A DNA stretch of 64,000 nucleotides, from the IMG/VR virus record IMGVR_UViG_3300042482_001246. One strand, written 5' to 3'. A program made the translations under genes and the position numbers. The notes below the pieces were generated by a model. The model did not search any database. It was not told where the DNA came from and worked only from the letters and a program-made list of their open reading frames with translations. Origin of the DNA: a virus (taxonomy: Duplodnaviria > Heunggongvirae > Uroviricota > Caudoviricetes). Positions 58,356-64,000 of the stretch are shown here, piece after piece (positions within the stretch are counted from its first letter, which is position 1; every line of letters begins with the position of its first letter).

Positions 58356-60524
58356 TTAAAAATCTAATTTAACTACAAACTGTTGTATACCCGCTCTTAG
58401 AACAGGAGATTGTAGTTTAGATATAACAATAAGGTCTAAATTAGAATCGTAAAGCCCAATTTCAGTAATGTAAGGGTTTGTCCCTGTTACAAATGTTGGG
58501 TTTGAACTCGTTGTAAATTGATTATTACCCAAGTTGATTAGATATCTCATCTCGTATATTGTCGCCGCAACATCAGTTTGTAGATTACCATAGAAATAAT
58601 ATTCATCCCCAAAGTTGAGTAACTCTGTTTGTCCGTTTTGAGGTATGTCTATGTAATTCGCTAAATTGTATGTGGTTGCACCTGTGTAATCCTCCAAAGA
58701 TATTTGGAACACTTGGCTAGTAATACCTGAAGCGGTTATGAAATCATTTATTGTTGTTCCCGATAATTGGTCGGTAACATCAATTTCTCTCCATAAGTTT
58801 GGTTGTGGTCTTGTATCACCTGAAACTAACTGACAAATAATCTTCATACTTGTTGCAGTAAACCCTTCAGTAGAACCAGTACCTAAGAATGGGAACTCAT
58901 TACCAAATCTAATTGCAACGTTCTGTGAATTCTCGGTACAAGCAGTTGTTGGTCCAAGAATACTTGAATAGTAGTTACAATGTAACGAATCAGTGAATCC
59001 TGTTGAATCAAATCTATAAGTGACCCACATCTTTTCAGTTTCATTATTCATCACACCTTGACCTGAATTGTTATTTGTAAAACAAGTGTTAGGCGTAATC
59101 AAACTAAGTTGTGGTGCAGGTATCGTCCAGTTTCTATTTGCCTTATATGAAAGTGCAGCAACAACTTCTTCATCATCTATAATAACAATTTCTTGGTCAG
59201 GGAATACCTTACCAATTCTGTTAAGATTATTGTTATCGTCAGGGTTGGTATCATATAAATGATAATATCTAATACCCGGGTCATTCATATCAGGATTTGG
59301 AACCGACTTAATATAATATGGGACACATAAGTCATATCCCGGAGGGTCTATGTAAAATACTTCACCCGTTGTATTACCAGTTGACTTGTGCCACATCAAT
59401 GTTGGAATTGTCAACTTAAAGTTTCTTGCTAATCCTGGGTCTGATGTTGGGTTTTGTGGGTCAAAAGGAACTGTTGCAAATTTCTCAGCATAAACATTAT
59501 CAATAGATTGATTAGTGTAGTGGATAATTGCAATAGTTTTTTGGTCCTTAGGTTGAACCACTACTTTTTCATCAAAAGAATTATAATAAAAAGTTTGGCT
59601 TGTATCAGTCTGACCACTATTTTCTTGATAACCAAGATATTCTTTGGTTCCAATATAAGTAACAGAATTGTATTGATTAAACCCTTCATATGTTGATGTG
59701 AAAACTCCTGCGGGTGATTCGCTCCAAGGAATATTCATATTCCAAATTAAAGTACTTTCTTTTTCACACTCATCAGTTGGTAGTGTCGGAACAATAGTAT
59801 CGTAAAGTTCTGTCATACCTGAAGGATATACTAAACATCTTGCAATAACACCCGCAGACTGACCAGTATAAATTGGTACAGCTCTGTCTAATGTTAGTGT
59901 CCAAGTTGTTGTTCCTGTTGTTCCTGTTGCAGGGTCAATATCCTGTATCTTGTATGTTAAAACAGGAGATGTTGTAAATTCACCTGTATTGTATCCATTA
60001 CCATCAAAGAAGAATGTAATGAAATCACCGATTGATGGTGTCCCTGTTGTTGACGCGGCAAAGTCATAAGTAATTGAAACCCCACTTGTTTGTCCTGATA
60101 AAGTATTCATCTCAACAACATAGTTAGATGTAACTGTGTAGGCTGAACTTGTCTGAGCACTAAATGGGTAGGTATTACCTGTCACAAAAAACCCATAAGG
60201 AACTTGTGAATTATAAATGTAGTCGATATTGGAATCCATAAACGGTATTCCGTAAGTATTTCCTGTTACTCCTTTAACAAATAACGGGTATTTAATATTC
60301 TCTTTGTTAGACTGTGGGACACCGTTATCATTCTGAGCATTAAATGCCGGCATCAATATGTCATTATTTGTAACACTATAACTTGGTACCGCAGTGTAAT
60401 TTACTTCACTGTCCCCAATTGAAAAATAGGAAATCTGGAAACTTCCCTGAGAAATGTTTCTTCTTCCAACATCAGTAAGTCTAGTGTTGATTAACCCTGA
60501 AGTATTTTTAATGATATATCCCAT
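58356..60524 (-). CDS. large virion structural protein candidate
   Basis: 722 aa, Thr/Asn/Gly-rich with beta-rich composition. Adjacent to fibre-like genes. Confidence 0.5.
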   Translation of the reverse strand: MGYIIKNTSGLINTRLTDVGRRNISQGSFQISYFSIGDSEVNYTAVPSYSVTNNDILMPAFNAQNDNGVPQSNKENIKYPLFVKGVTGNTYGIPFMDSNIDYIYNSQVPYGFFVTGNTYPFSAQTSSAYTVTSNYVVEMNTLSGQTSGVSITYDFAASTTGTPSIGDFITFFFDGNGYNTGEFTTSPVLTYKIQDIDPATGTTGTTTWTLTLDRAVPIYTGQSAGVIARCLVYPSGMTELYDTIVPTLPTDECEKESTLIWNMNIPWSESPAGVFTSTYEGFNQYNSVTYIGTKEYLGYQENSGQTDTSQTFYYNSFDEKVVVQPKDQKTIAIIHYTNQSIDNVYAEKFATVPFDPQNPTSDPGLARNFKLTIPTLMWHKSTGNTTGEVFYIDPPGYDLCVPYYIKSVPNPDMNDPGIRYYHLYDTNPDDNNNLNRIGKVFPDQEIVIIDDEEVVAALSYKANRNWTIPAPQLSLITPNTCFTNNNSGQGVMNNETEKMWVTYRFDSTGFTDSLHCNYYSSILGPTTACTENSQNVAIRFGNEFPFLGTGSTEGFTATSMKIICQLVSGDTRPQPNLWREIDVTDQLSGTTINDFITASGITSQVFQISLEDYTGATTYNLANYIDIPQNGQTELLNFGDEYYFYGNLQTDVAATIYEMRYLINLGNNQFTTSSNPTFVTGTNPYITEIGLYDSNLDLIVISKLQSPVLRAGIQQFVVKLDF

Positions 60525-60553
60525 ATAATATTAAATAGTTTTACAATATTTTT

Positions 60554-62545
60554 TTATTGTACTGTTACTTGTGATGCATTTATTGTATGACTTAATTTAG
60601 CCTCTCCTTGATTGTATAACGCTGAACAACAATTACATCCGTTAATTGAAACGTTACTTAAGTATACTGTAATATTTTGTGTTACCTCAGTCATACATCC
60701 ATTAACATTCAACGGAGTGGTTATATTAACATTTGAGTTACAAGCTCCACTTACCACATCACCAGCAACCATAGTAATTGGGTATGTATTAACATAATCA
60801 GTTGTGTATTGGTTATTTGGTGCACAGAATGGTCTTGGGTCAACAGATGACGAACCTGTTGTTGTAGGTGTAAGTACGTTTGTATTCTTCTTAGTTGTCA
60901 GTGTGTAAGTTGCACTACCATCACCAGGTTGTTTTTCAATTTGTTCAACATCGATTCCTAAATCAAATGATAATGTAACACCAGGTGATAAAGGTGGCAG
61001 TACATTTACTCTCCAAGTAATATTTCTACTAAATGTAGCGTTAGTCGCTTGGGTTAATTGTTGTATTCCAACTGAGTATGTTACCGGTGATGCTTGTGAA
61101 GCAACTACGACAGTTTGTTGGTATTGAGCGTTATTTTGGTCTTTTACCACTACAGAATATGCGCCAGGACATAATCCGTTTACGACATTGGTTCCATTGA
61201 ATGTAACTCCGTTATCTGTTGAATATAAATAAGGTCCGATTCCGCCAGATGGTAAAATTGTTATCGCTCCATCACAACTACTTAGACAACTTGATGCCTG
61301 TGCAGTTACTTTAGCACTTATAACATTAATTGTTGAACAAGTACCAGTGTAAACTGTTACGTTAGCATTTTTAGTAGCTCCAACAGGATACCATCCTGAT
61401 AATGGTACTGATGAAGCGTCTTGAGAAGCAACAGTTCCACCATATTGAGTGTAACCAGTTACATACCAAGTACTATTCTGTGGGTTCCATACCATACCAT
61501 AAGTTGAACCATTTGACCAACTTGGTTTACCATTAATACTACCATTCGGGAAGAATTGGATTTGTTCAGGAGTGTTCTGACCCCATTGGATAAACATACA
61601 TAAGTTTGGATACACAGGTGTTGCAGATGGTGTGATTGAAGGTGTTGGTGTATTAGTTGGTGTAGGTGATGGTGCTATTAACGAACAAGATGTATATGCT
61701 GTGAAATCACCATAAAAGTCGGATACAACAACTTGGTAAGACCCCCCCTTTAAGTTAAATAAGTAAGGTGTTTTTTGTCCACCCTCCCAAGTTATATCGT
61801 AAGGTGGTGTTCCACCTGTGATAGTTAGATATAATTTACCATCAAAACTTTTTGGTGTTGATGGGTTAACACCATAACAACTAACTCCCATTGGGAATAC
61901 TGTGAACACATCACAATCATTCTTTGGGACATAAATAACATTGTTTGTTGGTGTCGGAGTTGGTGTTGGTGTATTAGTTGGGCTTGAAGTTACGGTTGAT
62001 GTAACTGTTGGAGTAACTGTAGCAGTTGGTGTTGAATAAGGTGTAGCCGTTGGTGTTTGAGTTGGGCAAGTTGTAGATGCCGGAACAAATAGTTTTGTAA
62101 CTCCGTTATGTGGTTTAGTGTAGTCAAATATAATTGTTGTGCCAGAACTTGTTCCATATACATAGTTTCCACAACAATCGTAGTAATAACACTTCTCACT
62201 AGTCGTATATCCTGAACCACAAACAATAGATGTTGGTGTTGGAGTATAATTAGGTGTTCTAGTTGGGAATGGTGTTGGTGTTATACTTGGCTCGGGTTCA
62301 TCAACACAAGGATTTAATAAAATACCATTAAAATTTATAAAACCACTTCCACCATTTTCAATATAAACATCTTGACTCGTTGCGTATGAACCACTTTCTT
62401 GACAACCACAAACACTATAAAAATTACCAGGTTGTATGGTTGCACTTTGTGATGTAGTTCCATCATTACAAGAATACGAATAAAAAATCTGAGGAGATTC
62501 AGACTCATTCCATACCATCCATCTAATACAAGTAGTACAAGCCAT
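60554..62545 (-). CDS. Cys-rich fibre/receptor-binding-like protein with (T/P)n linkers
   Basis: 663 aa. PTPTPTPTNN linkers separate Cys-containing beta-type modules. Confidence 0.55.
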   Translation of the reverse strand: MACTTCIRWMVWNESESPQIFYSYSCNDGTTSQSATIQPGNFYSVCGCQESGSYATSQDVYIENGGSGFINFNGILLNPCVDEPEPSITPTPFPTRTPNYTPTPTSIVCGSGYTTSEKCYYYDCCGNYVYGTSSGTTIIFDYTKPHNGVTKLFVPASTTCPTQTPTATPYSTPTATVTPTVTSTVTSSPTNTPTPTPTPTNNVIYVPKNDCDVFTVFPMGVSCYGVNPSTPKSFDGKLYLTITGGTPPYDITWEGGQKTPYLFNLKGGSYQVVVSDFYGDFTAYTSCSLIAPSPTPTNTPTPSITPSATPVYPNLCMFIQWGQNTPEQIQFFPNGSINGKPSWSNGSTYGMVWNPQNSTWYVTGYTQYGGTVASQDASSVPLSGWYPVGATKNANVTVYTGTCSTINVISAKVTAQASSCLSSCDGAITILPSGGIGPYLYSTDNGVTFNGTNVVNGLCPGAYSVVVKDQNNAQYQQTVVVASQASPVTYSVGIQQLTQATNATFSRNITWRVNVLPPLSPGVTLSFDLGIDVEQIEKQPGDGSATYTLTTKKNTNVLTPTTTGSSSVDPRPFCAPNNQYTTDYVNTYPITMVAGDVVSGACNSNVNITTPLNVNGCMTEVTQNITVYLSNVSINGCNCCSALYNQGEAKLSHTINASQVTVQ

Positions 62546-63192
62546 TATACGCAGAGTGTAAAGTTGATTATGATTCCACTTGAATCTATTTGTACCGCAT
62601 ATGTGTTAGCTCCGAATATCATTTTTCTCCATCTATTACCTTGATTTACAGGGTTGAATAAACTACCACCAATGTTTGTTTGATAAACTGTTGCACCTAT
62701 TACAGGTGTTGATGGTGTCGCAACATAAGAAGTATAGTAATAGTCATCTAAAAGTGTATCCAAACACGCACTTGATGAATTAACATATAAATTTCTACCT
62801 ATTTGATGCGGATAAACCAAACTTGTTGGTGTTGGAGTAGGCGTGTTACTTGATGTAGGTGTTGGGGTCGCTTGAAGTGTTGTTGAAGGTGTTGGTGTAA
62901 TACTAGCGGTTGGTGTTGTAGTTGGAGTATGTGTTTGTGTTGGAGTTTGTGTTGGCGTATTAGTTGGTGTTGGAGTTGGTGTTATGTAAAGAGTCTGATA
63001 AACGGTACAACCCGCAGCATCAACAATTTTAATCACAAAGTCTAATGAAGAATATGAATCAGGAACATCAAATGTATAAGGGGCACTTGCAACAGTTGCA
63101 ACTGAAACACAGTTCCCACTAAAACTATCGCAATAAAAAACCTCAAACGGTAAGTTTGCTGTAATATTAGGTATGGTAACTGTTTGACTCAT
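62545..63192 (-). CDS. fibre-associated protein with TPTPTPT linker
   Basis: 215 aa. Start overlaps the upstream stop. A TTATTTATAGATAA motif abuts the ATG. Confidence 0.55.
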   Translation of the reverse strand: MSQTVTIPNITANLPFEVFYCDSFSGNCVSVATVASAPYTFDVPDSYSSLDFVIKIVDAAGCTVYQTLYITPTPTPTNTPTQTPTQTHTPTTTPTASITPTPSTTLQATPTPTSSNTPTPTPTSLVYPHQIGRNLYVNSSSACLDTLLDDYYYTSYVATPSTPVIGATVYQTNIGGSLFNPVNQGNRWRKMIFGANTYAVQIDSSGIIINFTLCV

Positions 63193-63221
63193 TTATCTAT
63201 AAATAACATTTTTCATTTTTT

Positions 63222-64000
63222 TTATTGTCTAACTCCAAGTCCTCTGACTCTGTCTGTAAATATTGTATTACCATTTGTGGTTGGTGTCCAAATTTCTCCG
63301 TCATTTGAAACCGCAAGTTGATTTGTTCCAATACCACCCATAATCCATTGGTTACCGTCCCAAGCAACTGAATACACTAATACAGTAATTATACCACTAG
63401 CGGTACTTGATGGTTGCCAACTGAACCCATCAGTTGAATATGCAATTTTATTTGTCCCTCCACCACCGGCTAAGAATCTTAAACCATTGTGAGATACTGC
63501 GTATGTATCTGATGTAAATACGGTGTTTCCGTTTGTGGATGCAGACCAAGTAATACCATCGTAAGAAATTGCAACCTTATTTGTTCCACTTCCAACCGCA
63601 ACGAATCTATCATTATACCAAACAATACTTCTAACTGCACTGTTTATAATTGAATTACCATTTGCCGATTGGAACCAAGTAACCCCATTATCATCAGAAT
63701 AGAATATTGTTTGAGTAACTAAACCTCCAGCTTGTCCACCAATAACCCATCTACTTCCATTTGAAGCCGTACATAACAGTGCGTTGTTACCAAACACACC
63801 ACTGGCTGAACTTCCTGTCCAAGTTATACCATCATTAGAATATGCAACTTTTGACGCTCCTGAATTAATACCAACCGCCATCCAAAGACCATTATACCAA
63901 TTCACCCCATAAACCAATGTACCAAATATTGAACTTCCATTCGCCGAGTCGACCCAAGTATCACCATCATACGAGTATAGTAACTTGTTAGTACCAGATG
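63222..64000 (-). CDS. BNR/Asp-box repeat beta-propeller protein (partial, continues past the window end)
   Basis: At least 4 repeats of S-x-D-G-x-T-W: YSNDGITWTGSS, ISYDGITWSAS, YSTDGFSWQPSS, VSNDGEIWTPTT. Confidence 0.6.
   Translation of the reverse strand, partial: SGTNKLLYSYDGDTWVDSANGSSIFGTLVYGVNWYNGLWMAVGINSGASKVAYSNDGITWTGSSASGVFGNNALLCTASNGSRWVIGGQAGGLVTQTIFYSDDNGVTWFQSANGNSIINSAVRSIVWYNDRFVAVGSGTNKVAISYDGITWSASTNGNTVFTSDTYAVSHNGLRFLAGGGGTNKIAYSTDGFSWQPSSTASGIITVLVYSVAWDGNQWIMGGIGTNQLAVSNDGEIWTPTTNGNTIFTDRVRGLGVRQ

Noticed and set aside
1-64000. Giant eukaryotic virus origin, suggested by the collagen-like proteins, cyclophilin, GSII, LRR, thioredoxin/glutaredoxin and DnaJ
   Set aside because: Several features argue for a bacteriophage: a sigma-70 factor, ubiquitous hairpin-plus-T-run intrinsic terminators, a T4-like gp46/gp47 pair, a T7-type primase zinc-binding domain, GH19 and amidase_2 lysins, a bacterial-type initiator tRNA with C1:A72, and operon-style overlapping genes.

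Overview
This 64 kb window is AT-rich (about one-third GC) and densely packed with genes, almost all on the minus strand. I read it as part of a large bacteriophage (jumbo-phage-like), not a cellular or eukaryotic-virus genome.

Evidence for a phage with a bacterial host:
- A sigma-70 family sigma factor.
- A T4-like Mre11/Rad50 (SbcD/SbcC, gp47/gp46) pair.
- A primase with a zinc-binding domain and a TOPRIM domain.
- A RuvC-like resolvase.
- Two orphan DNA methyltransferases.
- Two peptidoglycan hydrolases (GH19-like and amidase_2).
- Many rho-independent terminators (GC hairpin plus T-run).
- No Shine-Dalgarno sequences, and some TTTG...TAnnTTTG promoter-like elements, which suggests a Bacteroidota-type host.

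Notable cargo:
- Three tandem, very large, proline-poor collagen-like fibre genes, each ending in an S74 intramolecular-chaperone domain.
- A galactofuranose glycan cluster (UDP-galactopyranose mutase plus two GT2 glycosyltransferases).
- A eukaryote-type (GSII) glutamine synthetase next to a DUF3310/GT-B fusion and a methyltransferase.
- A cyclophilin, an SPFH protein, NUDIX, DHH and metallophosphoesterase genes, a thioredoxin/glutaredoxin pair, DnaJ, an LRR protein and an Hc1-like histone-like protein.
- An initiator tRNA-fMet, followed by a roughly 0.9 kb GC-enriched ORF-free region bounded by a promoter-like element and a terminator. This is my best candidate for a large structured ncRNA.

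All functional calls come from motifs I could read in the translations. No database searches were run.
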